Notes: generated by a model from the sequence alone, not told the origin. A stretch of 64,000 bases of DNA from Candidatus Bathyarchaeota archaeon (GCA_963833575.1 CAWHXY010000004.1:672001-736000); one strand, 5' to 3'. Numbered from the stretch's first letter, positions 20,075 through 30,163 are shown. Numbers and translations: made by a program.

Positions 20075-20401
20075 ATGGGTGGAAAAAAGAAGCTTGGCAT
20101 AAAGCAGATGGAAAAGCAGCAAGTTACTCAAGACGAAGCTAAGCAAGAGAAGAAAAAAGAGAAAGCCGGACCGCCAAAAGAAAGAAAAACTATAGGGATC
20201 ATGGCTCCAGATGCAAAAGATGGCAAAATCGTTGCTGAAGTCAAAAAAATGGGCGTTCTAACACCTTATTCTGTTTCAGCAAGGTATGGCATACGAGTAA
20301 GCGCAGCCAAAGACTTTCTTAGACAATTAGAAGCCAATGGCGCAGTGCAGCTTGTTTCCGGAAGCCACAACATCAAAATCTACAAAGCCAACGCAAGTTA
20401 A
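20075..20401 (+). CDS. rps25e: 30S ribosomal protein S25e
   Basis: MGGKKK N-terminus and TPYSVSARYGIRVSAAKDFLRQLE. Confidence 0.9.
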   Translation: MGGKKKLGIKQMEKQQVTQDEAKQEKKKEKAGPPKERKTIGIMAPDAKDGKIVAEVKKMGVLTPYSVSARYGIRVSAAKDFLRQLEANGAVQLVSGSHNIKIYKANAS

Positions 20402-20460
20402 TATTCTTCAGTCTAACATCATATTTTATTATTTTTTGTTGTAATGGAGTCTAGTTTTCG

Positions 20461-20943
20461 TTGAAAGATTTTCCTGAAAGAGTTTACACTTCAGAAGAAG
20501 TAAAAACTGCTAAAGAACTAGCTAGTGAAGGCTACAAACACAACCTAACGGTTGAGGGCTCACCGGATTTCAAAGCAAAAGTCAATCGGGCTCTTGAACT
20601 TATCAAAACCGCAAATTACTTTGATTTTCTAAGTACTTACATAAGAAGAATTATAGAAATTGACGGAATAACACAGTTGCGTGAAACAGAAGTTGCTATC
20701 TGGGCAAACAAATTCGCCGTAGAAAATCCCGTTGACGCTTCGAGCCTTTTCATTCAAAAAGCTTACCATATGAAAGAGTACGTAGAAGGCGATCTTTACT
20801 ATGGGGGCAACGCAGAAAAGCGTTCGGTCGCAAAACGCGTCGAGTTCTTGCAGGCTCTCAGTGACAGAAGCGTTGACAAAGAAGTGAAAGAAGAATGCAA
20901 CCGACTGTTGCAAATGTGGAAAGAAAGCTCATTAGCTTTTTAA
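20461..20943 (+). CDS. Hypothetical protein, possibly a degenerate zincin fold
   Basis: 160-aa ORF with GGAG upstream of a TTG start; see findings. Confidence 0.7.
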   Translation: MKDFPERVYTSEEVKTAKELASEGYKHNLTVEGSPDFKAKVNRALELIKTANYFDFLSTYIRRIIEIDGITQLRETEVAIWANKFAVENPVDASSLFIQKAYHMKEYVEGDLYYGGNAEKRSVAKRVEFLQALSDRSVDKEVKEECNRLLQMWKESSLAF

Positions 20944-21350
20944 GCGGTCAATAGTTCAACCTTAATTGCCGTTCCACTTTTGACTTGTTTAAAAATTTCC
21001 AAATTATTTGTTATTTTACCAAGTATACTTACGGGGCTGTAGGGTTGTGACTTCCCGTAGAAAACGCATAAAGCACCACCCATAGGCCAAAAAGCAATAG
21101 TGCCAGTTTCTACCGTGGGCTTTGCTTTTTCTTCACCCATTTTTATTGGGATTTCAAAATAAACTTCTTCTTTCCATAAAGCAGCTCTGCCTTCTACTGG
21201 AAGCTTTCGAACGATATAGTCGATTGTTCGTGGCGCTAAGAACCTGACTAATTCACCTTCAGCTTCACCTAGGCCTTCGATGATAAACTTGACTTTTATA
21301 TGGGAAACGTCTGCTTGAACGCCTGATTGAACGTCTGGTTCATTACTCAC
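20940..21350 (-). CDS. Cyclophilin-like fold protein (TM1367/DUF369 type)
   Basis: APRT...LP...WKEEVYF...GTIAFWPMGGALCVFYG. Confidence 0.88.
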   Translation of the reverse strand: MSNEPDVQSGVQADVSHIKVKFIIEGLGEAEGELVRFLAPRTIDYIVRKLPVEGRAALWKEEVYFEIPIKMGEEKAKPTVETGTIAFWPMGGALCVFYGKSQPYSPVSILGKITNNLEIFKQVKSGTAIKVELLTA

Positions 21351-21475
21351 TGTTTCATGCTCCTTTAATGAAAATCCAAAATCTCTTAGGATAGGCTATT
21401 CAATGGTCGAAGTTCAATTTAACTCTTACAGTCAACCATTATCGGCAATGACAAATCAGGGCATCGTTAATTTGG

Positions 21476-22579
21476 TCACAGGAGACTTAAAACTGTTTTT
21501 CCTATGAAATCAATCTGCTCAGCGGTGACTCCAGGGTGAATCGGCAGTGAGAAAACCTGTTTTGATGCCCTGTCGGTTTCAGGCAGTTTAGAAGTTTCAA
21601 AGTTTTCTCGGTAGAACGGCATTTGATGCACTGGATTAACATAGTAAGCTTCCGATCCAATCCCCTCTTTTCTCAGCTTATCCATTAAGGTGTTACGTTG
21701 TGTCTCGGTGCCGTCTTTCAGTCTCGCAGTATACAGGTACCAACTGTGTTGTCGGTCTTTTGATTCCCAAGGCAAAATAAGGCTATTGCTTTCCTTAAGA
21801 ATTTTTGTTAATTGCTGTGCATTTTGTCTGCGTTTAGACAAAAAAGATGGCAACTTTTCCATTTGCGCATTGCCTATTGCCGCCTGCATTTCTGACATGC
21901 GGTAGTTTGTTCCAAGCATAAGTGATGAATACTTTGCTTTTTCCCCATGGGTCCTAATCATCCGCAAAGTCTCATCCATTTCATCTTCGTTTGTTGTTGC
22001 TAGTCCACCTTCACCTGTGGTCATGTTTTTGCTTGCGTATAAGCTCCAGCAGGCAGCATCTGCAAAGGTGCCAGCGGGTTTCCCAGCGTATGTTGTTCCA
22101 TGCGCTTGTGCAGCGTCTTCAATTAAAGCTAAGCCGTGTTTCTGGGCGATTTCCCGTAAAGGTTCCATATCAGCTGAAAAACCGTAGAGGTCGACAGGAA
22201 GAATAGCCTTTGTGCGTTTTGTTATTGATTTTTCAACTGCAATAGGTGATAAATTGTAAGTTTCTGCGTTGATATCGACGAAAACTGGTTTCCCACCTGC
22301 TAAAACGACGGCTTCTGCAGTGGCTACAAAAGTGAAGCTTGGCAAAATAACTTCATCACCCTGTTTTACACCGCAAGCCATAACTGCTGAGTGCAAGGCG
22401 GCAGTACCCGTGTTAACTGCAACTGCATGTTTTACACCCGCAAAGTGTGCGAAGTTTTTCTCAAATTCCGTCACCATTAGGCCAGCGCCAAGCCCGCTTG
22501 TTAACATGCCACTTCTGAGAACTTTTACTACTGCTTGGACTTCTTCTTCGCCAATCTTTGGTAGGTTAATGGGTATCAT
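21476..22579 (-). CDS. DegT/DnrJ/EryC1/StrS sugar aminotransferase
   Basis: TGTAALH, IEDAAQAHG, SLYASKNMTTGEGG, GTNYRMSE. Confidence 0.95.
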   Translation of the reverse strand: MIPINLPKIGEEEVQAVVKVLRSGMLTSGLGAGLMVTEFEKNFAHFAGVKHAVAVNTGTAALHSAVMACGVKQGDEVILPSFTFVATAEAVVLAGGKPVFVDINAETYNLSPIAVEKSITKRTKAILPVDLYGFSADMEPLREIAQKHGLALIEDAAQAHGTTYAGKPAGTFADAACWSLYASKNMTTGEGGLATTNEDEMDETLRMIRTHGEKAKYSSLMLGTNYRMSEMQAAIGNAQMEKLPSFLSKRRQNAQQLTKILKESNSLILPWESKDRQHSWYLYTARLKDGTETQRNTLMDKLRKEGIGSEAYYVNPVHQMPFYRENFETSKLPETDRASKQVFSLPIHPGVTAEQIDFIGKTVLSLL

Positions 22580-22683
22580 CGTTTAGCCTCATTCTGTTAG
22601 ATACTGCGTCAAGCAATATTTTAATTTGCTCAAAACAAAGCAACCTTTCATTGACACTTGAACTTGAAGAAATAGATAAAAAA

Positions 22684-23817
22684 TTATTCGATATTCATTT
22701 TTTGGGTAATTTTATAATCAATCACAACGCTAATTCCACGAGTACTAAGCTCTTTATCCAACGCCAAATCGCCAGTATCAACCCTTAAACTCTTCAACCT
22801 ATCCAACTTGCTTTTAGTAGCAACCACACCAATGTTGTCCAAGCCTATTTGACGGATAACTCGAGAACTTATCTGCTGATTTCCTCTGCCAAAAATGAAG
22901 CCTTGCCCCCCAATCGGAGTCACAATTATTTGAGCTGCCTTACCCTTTGTGGCTTCCAATATTTCTTTTTCGTTTACATCGCTTGAGATTATTTTTTTGT
23001 CTAAAAACAAATCTACGCCAAGTAACGTTTTTTTCTGGTCTAAAAGGTCACTGATTGTACGGGTTGTTGTTCCAGGACCCATAACGTAAATTGTGTTAGG
23101 CGTCATTTCTTCAATAATTTGAATGGCTACTGCAACTTGATTGCGGACTTCATTCTCGGTCATTGGGCTTTCAAGTTTGTTGCCTTGAATCAGATGCGGC
23201 TCAAACGGGCTAAGCATGTAACCATAAAGCTCTGCAGAAAGGTGGCCTTCACGGAAGGCTTGCTCGTCTATGTCCATAACTTCTGCTTCCCTCAAAGGCA
23301 GCAAACCCCACAGATACCCAAGGGCGACTCTGGCTGCAGCCTGCGCTGTCACCGCAAACAGGGCACTGTGCATTTTAACTCCAGTGGGCACACCCAACAC
23401 TGGAACCTTCAAGCCGGCTGTTTTGAGTATGTCACGAGCGGTTCCATCGCCGCCACAGAAAACAAGCAAATCCACCCGCGCCACAAGCATCGACTTTGCC
23501 ATATCGCCGGTATCTTCTGAAGTGGTCTGAACTTTGCTCTCACCAACAGCCTCAAAAGCCAACCCGCATTTCTTAGCCTCTTCTGCCCCCATGCTACCAG
23601 CACCAACCACCAAACGCAAATCATTAGCCTCAACTAGAGCGGCAAGAAAAGTCTCAGCCCTCCGTGCAGCGATAGGCTTAGCACCCAACGAAATAGCTTT
23701 TTCAAGGATAGCTTTGCCGTCGGTTCCTTTCAACCCAACTGCGCCGCCCATACCTGCCACTGGGTTGACGATAAAACCGAGGGTTTTGGTTGGCAGAGAC
23801 TTTTTGAGAGAGGTCAA
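22684..23817 (-). CDS. ATP-NAD/AcoX kinase family protein
   Basis: NPVAGMGGAVGLKGTDG, GGDGTARD, GVKMHS, GRGNQQ. Confidence 0.88.
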   Translation of the reverse strand: MTSLKKSLPTKTLGFIVNPVAGMGGAVGLKGTDGKAILEKAISLGAKPIAARRAETFLAALVEANDLRLVVGAGSMGAEEAKKCGLAFEAVGESKVQTTSEDTGDMAKSMLVARVDLLVFCGGDGTARDILKTAGLKVPVLGVPTGVKMHSALFAVTAQAAARVALGYLWGLLPLREAEVMDIDEQAFREGHLSAELYGYMLSPFEPHLIQGNKLESPMTENEVRNQVAVAIQIIEEMTPNTIYVMGPGTTTRTISDLLDQKKTLLGVDLFLDKKIISSDVNEKEILEATKGKAAQIIVTPIGGQGFIFGRGNQQISSRVIRQIGLDNIGVVATKSKLDRLKSLRVDTGDLALDKELSTRGISVVIDYKITQKMNIE

Positions 23818-24177
23818 TTTGGGTGTGCCTAAGTTGGTATTAGGTTACTATCATAAAACCCCTTTGTATCACATTTAAAAAACGAATTCGTTTGAAAAAG
23901 TCTTAACTACCTTTGGAACAAAATAGCTTGTTACAAATGTCATCATGATCCACATCACTCGAGCGGTGCTGCCATGGCAGGTACTCAAAACAATGGCAAA
24001 CGAACACCGACAAGAACTTCAACATGCGTCTCATGGCAAGTCGCACAGTAATTATCTTTTCTCGAAAGTAGGAAAAAGAATTAAAAAAGAGCACTGATGC
24101 AGACCAATAGGGATACCTGCTATTTGTGGACAAAAAACAACAACAAAAAGAACAAAAAAGAAAAGAAAAAGTTTTGT

Positions 24178-25599
24178 TTAGTATGTTTCGCAGCCGATGT
24201 ATTGTTTTGAGACTTCATTTAGCCATGGATAGAGGTTGCGCAGCTTATCCATCGACTCTGCAACTTTAGCTGCTGGGTACTCGTAGGGTTGGAGGCGTCC
24301 ATTGAAGTATTCGTCGTAAGCTGACATATCAAAGAAACCATGTCCTGTTAATGCGAACAGCAGCGTTTTGGATTCATTGGTTTTTGCGCATTGGCGCGCG
24401 TCGTCGATTACCACTTTGATGGCATGAGTCGATTCTGGTGAGGGGATTATTCCTTCTGAACGTATGAATATTTTAGCAGCGTCGAAAGCGTCAACTTGGT
24501 TAACCGCTAGGGTGCTTATTTGTTTCTCTTTGGCTAGTACGCTGATGGTTGGTGCGATACCGTGGTAACGTAGTCCACCTGCGTGGATTGGGGCCGGCAT
24601 AAAGTCGTGTCCCAGCGTGTGCATAGGTACGAGCGGCGTCAATTTCGCAGTGTCACCGTGATCATAGGTATAATAGCCCCTTGTGACTTTGGGGCACGCT
24701 GATGGTTCAACCGCGATATACTTGGTTTGCTTTGGTGCCTTCTTGGAAACTTTATCGTAGTAGAAAGGCCAGAAGAGACCCGAAAAGCTGCTTCCACCGC
24801 CGATGCATCCATAAATCGCATCAGGATAGTCCTCCACCATTTCCACCTGTTTTTTAGCTTCTATTCCTGCCACGGTTTGATGCATGCAGACGTGGTTGAA
24901 CACGCTTCCGATGGTGTAATTTGCTTTCTTGCCTGTTTTTTCGCTTTCCAGTGAGTCTTCTACTGCTTCACTTATTGCGATGCCCAGTGACCCTTGGTTT
25001 TCTGGGTCTTCAGCGAGGATTTTTCGTCCGGACTCCGTTTTGTTGCTTGGGCTGGCATAGACTGTGGCGCCAAAAGCGTTCATCATTGCTTTGCGGTATG
25101 GCTTTTGATTAAAGCTTGCGCGGACCATGTAAACAGTTGCTTCTAAACCGAACATGCCAGCTGCAAACGATAGTGCTGAACCCCATTGGCCTGCGCCTGT
25201 TTCGGTTGTTACTCTTGTTATGCCTTCTTTCATGTTATAGTAGGCTTGTGGGACTGCGCTGTTAGTTTTGTGGCTGCCTGAGGGGCTAACACCTTCATAT
25301 TTGTAGTAGATTTTGGCGGGTGTTTTGAGCACTTTTTCTAGTCCTAAGGCTCGAAACAGCGGGGAGGGTCTCCAGATCTTGTATATTTCTCGTACTTCAT
25401 CTGGGATGTTTATCCATCGTTCTTGGCTTATTTCTTGGCCGATTATTTCTTTTGGGAATATTCTCGGAACTATGCCAACGCCTGGTTGCCCTGTTGCCGC
25501 ATCTATGAATGGCGGAAGCGGGTGGGGTAGGTCGGGCACTATGTTGTACCATTGTTTTGGTATGTCGTTTTCTTTTAGTAGGATTTTTTTGTCGGGCAT
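24178..25599 (-). CDS. trpB2: TrpB2-type (TrpB-like) PLP enzyme
   Basis: IPKQWYNI, GSHKTN, TETGAGQWGSAL, PIHAGGLRYHG, GHGFFD. Confidence 0.93.
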   Translation of the reverse strand: MPDKKILLKENDIPKQWYNIVPDLPHPLPPFIDAATGQPGVGIVPRIFPKEIIGQEISQERWINIPDEVREIYKIWRPSPLFRALGLEKVLKTPAKIYYKYEGVSPSGSHKTNSAVPQAYYNMKEGITRVTTETGAGQWGSALSFAAGMFGLEATVYMVRASFNQKPYRKAMMNAFGATVYASPSNKTESGRKILAEDPENQGSLGIAISEAVEDSLESEKTGKKANYTIGSVFNHVCMHQTVAGIEAKKQVEMVEDYPDAIYGCIGGGSSFSGLFWPFYYDKVSKKAPKQTKYIAVEPSACPKVTRGYYTYDHGDTAKLTPLVPMHTLGHDFMPAPIHAGGLRYHGIAPTISVLAKEKQISTLAVNQVDAFDAAKIFIRSEGIIPSPESTHAIKVVIDDARQCAKTNESKTLLFALTGHGFFDMSAYDEYFNGRLQPYEYPAAKVAESMDKLRNLYPWLNEVSKQYIGCETY

Positions 25600-25632
25600 T
25601 TTTTTCGCCTTTTAACGTTTAAAGCGATGAAA

Positions 25633-25678
25633 TGTACTTTCAAGTTTTATTTAAGGCTTTTGTGTACACTTTTGTTCA
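25633..25678. promoter_or_regulatory. TRP boxes (TrpY-type operator) around the trpB2 TATA box
   Basis: TGTACT 25633-38, TGTACA 25663-68, 4-bp spacer, TGTTCA 25673-78; minus-strand TTAAATAAAA at 25645-54. Confidence 0.7.
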
Positions 25679-25749
25679 TTTAAAACCTTGAAACACATAA
25701 ACAACACATTTATACCCAAACGAACAGAAACACGCATAAGCGAAACAAA

Positions 25750-26253
25750 ATGTGGAACCAAATAAAAAATCAACTCCAAGAATACCCTGAACGACTCAAA
25801 GTCGCACGCGTACTCGTAGAAAACGGGTTAAGCGTCCAAAACAACAAAATATACCTAAACCAAATCGAAATCCCACCAGTACGTATTGCAAGAGTAGCTG
25901 GAGTCGACAGACGAACAGTGAACGAGACGATAAACACCATAAAAAACAGCCCTGATCTCAAATTAATTTTTGAAGAAATACGCCCCGCAGGTCACTCGCT
26001 AAAAGAAATCGCTAAACACATTAACCTCGGAGTGTTGGAAATAACTCCTATAAACGCAAAATCGCTGGGAATATTATCCAATGCAGCCACCGTTCTCAAC
26101 AAGGCAGGATTAAGCATCAGACAAGCAATCGTAGATGACCCAGAGCTCTCACCTGAACCAAAACTTACTCTGATTGTTGAGAAAAAAATCCCTGGGGAAA
26201 TTATCCCAGAGATTCTAAAAATACCTGGAATAGCCAAAGTTTCAGTCTATTAA
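25750..26253 (+). CDS. trpY: HTH plus ACT amino-acid-sensing regulator (COG2150, TrpY-like)
   Basis: IARVAGVDRRTV HTH and C-terminal ACT (GILSNAATVL...SIRQAIVDDPE); divergent from trpB2 across TRP boxes. Confidence 0.78.
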   Translation: MWNQIKNQLQEYPERLKVARVLVENGLSVQNNKIYLNQIEIPPVRIARVAGVDRRTVNETINTIKNSPDLKLIFEEIRPAGHSLKEIAKHINLGVLEITPINAKSLGILSNAATVLNKAGLSIRQAIVDDPELSPEPKLTLIVEKKIPGEIIPEILKIPGIAKVSVY

Positions 26254-26405
26254 CCGTGGCAAAATTGACACAAAGAAAACCTCAAAAGTAGGCTAAATGA
26301 TGCAAAAATCGCTTGCGTAGGCTTTATTAATTACGCCCTGCCTAGAAAAACTTATATTGATAGTAACATTTTGTTGTTGTTCTCGATTAAAGGAGATTAC
26401 TTGAT

Positions 26406-28082
26406 TTGTCATCATTCCCAACCCAAGCGGGCGGAACCCCTATTCTTGTTTTAAGGGAAGGCTCAAACAGGTCCCGTGGAAGAGAAGCTCAACACGGAAA
26501 TATAACTGCCGCGAAGGTTATAGCAGAAAGCGTCCGAAGCTCTTTAGGACCAAAAGGCATGGATAAAATGCTAGTTGACAGCTTTGGCGATGTCACAATA
26601 ACAAGCGATGGGCGAACCATCTTAGATGAAATGGATATTCAGCATCCAACAGCAAAAATGCTTGTTGAAGTTGCCAAAACACAAGACAACGAAGCTGGCG
26701 ACGGAACAACATCAGTAGTAATTATTGCGGGAGAACTTTTAAGCAGAGCCGAAGAACTAATAGACAAAAACATTCACCCTACAATTATTATTGATGGTTA
26801 TCAAAAGGCAGCGGCAAAGGCGTTAGAAACACTTGAGAAAATATCCATACCGGTAGACTTGAAATCTCAGGAATACCTGAAAAAAGCTGCAACTACCTCA
26901 ATGGGTAGCAAAATCGTTGCCGAATACAAAGAATACTTGGCTGATTTGGCAGTTAAAGCAATGATGGCCGTAGCCGAAAAACAAAATGGTGCCTATAAGG
27001 CGGATGTCGACGACGTCAAAGTTGAAAAAAAAACAGGCGAGTCCCTCAAGGATACCAGCCTGATAAATGGCATTGTTTTAGATAAAGAAATTGTTCATTC
27101 AGGAATGCTCAAGCGAGTAGAAAAAGCAAAGATTGCATTAATTGACGCATCGTTAGAGAACGAGAAAACCGAGCTAGATGCAAAAATAAGTATTGAAAGT
27201 CCCGACCAGATTGAAGCATTCCTCAAACAAGAAGAAACAATGCTACAAGAAATGACTGACAAAATTTTAGCTTCAGGTGCCAACGTGGTCATCTGCCAAA
27301 AAGGCATAGACGATTTGGCTCAGAGTTTTCTTGCAAGAAAAGGGGCAATTGCAATTAGAAGAGCCAAAAAATCAGACATGGAAAAACTTGCAAGAGCAAC
27401 GGGTGGAAAAATAGTAAGCAGTATTGATGATATTTCAAAATCAGATCTCGGGTATGCCGCTTTGGTTGAGGAACGCAAAATTGGCGACGACAAAATGACG
27501 TTCGTCGAAGGCTGTAAGAACCCCAAATCTGTAACCATCTTAATCAGAGCCGGATCGCAACGTATGACCGCAGAGGCGGAACGCTCAATTCACGATGCAC
27601 TATGCGTTATTAGAGACCTACTACAAGAACCAAAAATTGTTGCTGGAGGAAGTGCTCCAGAGCTTGAAATGGCAAGTGTTCTTAGAAAATTTGCTGAGAC
27701 AGTGCCGGGAAGAGAGCAACTTGCAGTTAGAGTATTCGCAGAAGCCCTCGAATCTATTGCAGTTACACTTGCTGAGAATGCTGGCGTAGACCCAATTGAT
27801 ATACTTGTAGAATTACGATCAAGGCATGAAAAAGGAGAAACATGGGCCGGCATTGAAGTTAATGAAGGAAAAGTTCAAGATATGTCAAAGGCAAACATTT
27901 TTGAACCCCTTTCAGTTAAAAAACAAATAATCAAATCCGCAAACGAAGCTGCTTCTATGATTCTCAGAATCGATGACCTAATTTCCGCCACCAAAATGAA
28001 AGCACCTCCAATGCCACCAGGAGGAATGGGCGGAATGGGAGGTATGGGTGGCATGGGCGGATATCCAGGCGCAGGAGAGTAA
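26406..28082 (+). CDS. ths: Thermosome (group II chaperonin) subunit
   Basis: [21 protein letters not shown]; GGM-rich tail; GGAG upstream of a TTG start. Confidence 0.97.
   Translation: MSSFPTQAGGTPILVLREGSNRSRGREAQHGNITAAKVIAESVRSSLGPKGMDKMLVDSFGDVTITSDGRTILDEMDIQHPTAKMLVEVAKTQDNEAGDGTTSVVIIAGELLSRAEELIDKNIHPTIIIDGYQKAAAKALETLEKISIPVDLKSQEYLKKAATTSMGSKIVAEYKEYLADLAVKAMMAVAEKQNGAYKADVDDVKVEKKTGESLKDTSLINGIVLDKEIVHSGMLKRVEKAKIALIDASLENEKTELDAKISIESPDQIEAFLKQEETMLQEMTDKILASGANVVICQKGIDDLAQSFLARKGAIAIRRAKKSDMEKLARATGGKIVSSIDDISKSDLGYAALVEERKIGDDKMTFVEGCKNPKSVTILIRAGSQRMTAEAERSIHDALCVIRDLLQEPKIVAGGSAPELEMASVLRKFAETVPGREQLAVRVFAEALESIAVTLAENAGVDPIDILVELRSRHEKGETWAGIEVNEGKVQDMSKANIFEPLSVKKQIIKSANEAASMILRIDDLISATKMKAPPMPPGGMGGMGGMGGMGGYPGAGE
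28020..28062 (+). repeat. GGM-encoding low-complexity repeat in the chaperonin tail
   Basis: (GGN GGN ATG)x4 encodes [14 protein letters not shown]. Confidence 0.8.
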
Positions 28083-28088
28083 TAAAAT

Positions 28089-28331
28089 ACGTCAAAACAA
28101 GAAATAATTGTTGGACCACCAAAAATTACTCGTTTCGAGAAAGCTAGAATAGTTGGAGCTAGAGCACTTCAGATCTCGATGGGAGCACCAATTTTGGTGG
28201 ATGCAGCTGAAAATACAAACCCTATTGATATCGCTCTAAAAGAACTTGAGGCTGGAATACTCCCGATAACCATCAGAAGAACGCTACCAGACGGAACCTT
28301 CCAAGATATTCCTCTAAAATGGCTATCTTGA
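28089..28331 (+). CDS. rpoK: DNA-directed RNA polymerase subunit K (Rpo6); absent from the ORF track, apparent ACG start
   Basis: Manual translation: (T/M)[36 protein letters not shown]...[25 protein letters not shown]...KWLS*. Confidence 0.95.
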   Translation, partial: TSKQEIIVGPPKITRFEKARIVGARALQISMGAPILVDAAENTNPIDIALKELEAGILPITIRRTLPDGTFQDIPLKWLS

Positions 28332-28334
28332 GCT

Positions 28335-28820
28335 TCATTTTTCTTTTAATTTTCCCATTTTCGCTTGAGCTTCATTTAGCATATTAATGATTTGTTTCCA
28401 GTGTGTTCCTTGCCAATAGATTTGCCCACAATTTGGGCACTTCCAAAACTTTTCGTAATAAGTTGAAGTGTTTTTCTCTAGTTTCTCTAAAAGTTGTTGT
28501 TTAGGTGTAGCTTTAAGTTTCGTGTTGCATATGGGGCAATTTGACTTTTCCATATCTACTACTAAAGGTATTAGGTATCGCTGAGCAAGCTCGGCCAGCC
28601 TTTCAGATTCCGTTTTACCCTCGACATAGTAAGCATCAACGTTCCTTGCGATGGCTCGTTTGTAGAGCTCTAAATCTTTTGTTAATAAAACGCGGTTCTC
28701 CTTCTTAGCTGTTTCAAGAAGTACAGAATCGTTTAGTTGGGTATCATATATGACATCGTGTCCTAACATGCGTAGCCAGCGTGCCAGTTTTCCCAGCATG
28801 CTATCCGCAAGGAACTTCAA
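28335..28820 (-). CDS. Mut7-C RNase (PIN plus Zn ribbon) domain protein
   Basis: FLADSMLGKLARWLRMLGHD, LLTKD, CPICN, CPNCGQIYWQGTH. Confidence 0.92.
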   Translation of the reverse strand: MKFLADSMLGKLARWLRMLGHDVIYDTQLNDSVLLETAKKENRVLLTKDLELYKRAIARNVDAYYVEGKTESERLAELAQRYLIPLVVDMEKSNCPICNTKLKATPKQQLLEKLEKNTSTYYEKFWKCPNCGQIYWQGTHWKQIINMLNEAQAKMGKLKEK

Positions 28821-30163
28821 ACATTTTCTCTCCGAACAATCGAAGCACTACCCGTTTTAGTAACTATATCCCCTTCATCAAATACTAACGACCCATCAAC
28901 AAAGGTTTTTACTGGCTTTCCTACAACATCCCATCCATTAAAGGGTGAGTATTTTGCTTTAGACTTTAATTTTGATGCATCAATTTTGAATTTTTGGTTA
29001 AAATCAACCACCGCTAAATCTGCATTCAGTCCCTGCTCCAAATAACCCCTATCCTTCAAACCATAAATTTCAGCAGGCTTCTCCGCGAGAAGTTGAACGA
29101 TTTGACCTAAAGATAACCGATTCTTCCTAACCTGCGTCAAAATCAGAGGTAAAGTTGTTTCTAAACCAGGTACTCCGACTTTAACATCCCACACGCTGCT
29201 TGCCGACTTCTCGCTTAAAGTGTGTGGCGCATGATCCGAGCCTAAAGTATCAATCCAACCTTTTACCAAACACTTCCATAACGCTTCAACATTGCTTTTG
29301 CTGCGGAGAGGCGGTGCCATAATCAGCATTTGACCGTAATGAACAAAATCAGCATCAGACAACAACAGGTGATTAGGAGTCACTTCGCAAGTTACTTTTC
29401 TTCCTGATTTTTTAGCTTCCCAGATAGTGTTTAAACCCTTTTCAGTTGAAACATGACAAAAATGGAGTCGCACACCACTTGATTCATTAATTTTTAGTAG
29501 TCGTGCAATCGCTTTAAGCTCAACAGTTTCTGAATGCGCCTGCTGAAAAGCAGCATTACTGGTCTTTTTCGCTTGCTTAAGTTTTTCTTCATTTGATGTA
29601 AGCAACGTTTTGTCTTCAGCATGAACCGCCACTGGCACATTCAACTCAGCGACTTCTTTAAACGCAGCTTCTAAGGCTTGATCATCATCAATATCTAATC
29701 CGCCGATTTGACAACCCATAAAAAGCTTGAACGCTACTGCTCCTTGCTCAACTATGTCTTTAATTTCTGAGATTCGTTTTGGAAATTCAGAGTAAAACCC
29801 AACATGAACAAGAATTTTTCTTGAAGCAATGCCCATGCGATCTTTCAGAGTTTGGACGCTCATAGTAACTGGTTCGTTATTTGGCATATCCAAAACCGTG
29901 GTGAAGCCCCCAGCGGCGGCAGCGGCAGTTCCCGTTTGGAAATCTTCTTTGTATGCTCTTCCTTCATCCCTCAAATGAACGTGTTCATCTATCAAACCGG
30001 GCAGGACTAAGAGGTTTTTTAGGTTAGTTTTTTGGTCAGCACTCGGCATTTGAGTTTCTTTACCAATTTTGAAAATTTTGCCCTCTTCAATGGCTAAACT
30101 ACAATCAACGATTTGCCCGTTGAGGTAAGCTTTCGCATTTGTAAGGACAGAATCAACAATCAC
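28817..30163 (-). CDS. pyrC: Dihydroorotase (type I)
   Basis: PGLIDEHVHLR, GGFTTVLDMPN, VHAED, CHVST, GSDHAPH, KYSPF. Confidence 0.9.
   Translation of the reverse strand: MIVDSVLTNAKAYLNGQIVDCSLAIEEGKIFKIGKETQMPSADQKTNLKNLLVLPGLIDEHVHLRDEGRAYKEDFQTGTAAAAAGGFTTVLDMPNNEPVTMSVQTLKDRMGIASRKILVHVGFYSEFPKRISEIKDIVEQGAVAFKLFMGCQIGGLDIDDDQALEAAFKEVAELNVPVAVHAEDKTLLTSNEEKLKQAKKTSNAAFQQAHSETVELKAIARLLKINESSGVRLHFCHVSTEKGLNTIWEAKKSGRKVTCEVTPNHLLLSDADFVHYGQMLIMAPPLRSKSNVEALWKCLVKGWIDTLGSDHAPHTLSEKSASSVWDVKVGVPGLETTLPLILTQVRKNRLSLGQIVQLLAEKPAEIYGLKDRGYLEQGLNADLAVVDFNQKFKIDASKLKSKAKYSPFNGWDVVGKPVKTFVDGSLVFDEGDIVTKTGSASIVRRENV

Noticed and set aside
23985-24075. Minus-strand frame reading CATCHETH (CxxCH heme motif)
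   Set aside because: The frame is closed by stops on both sides within about 30 codons and has no start before the motif; probably chance.
28020-28062. GGM tail on the thermosome subunit as a novelty
   Set aside because: GGM tails are already known in GroEL and several archaeal chaperonins.
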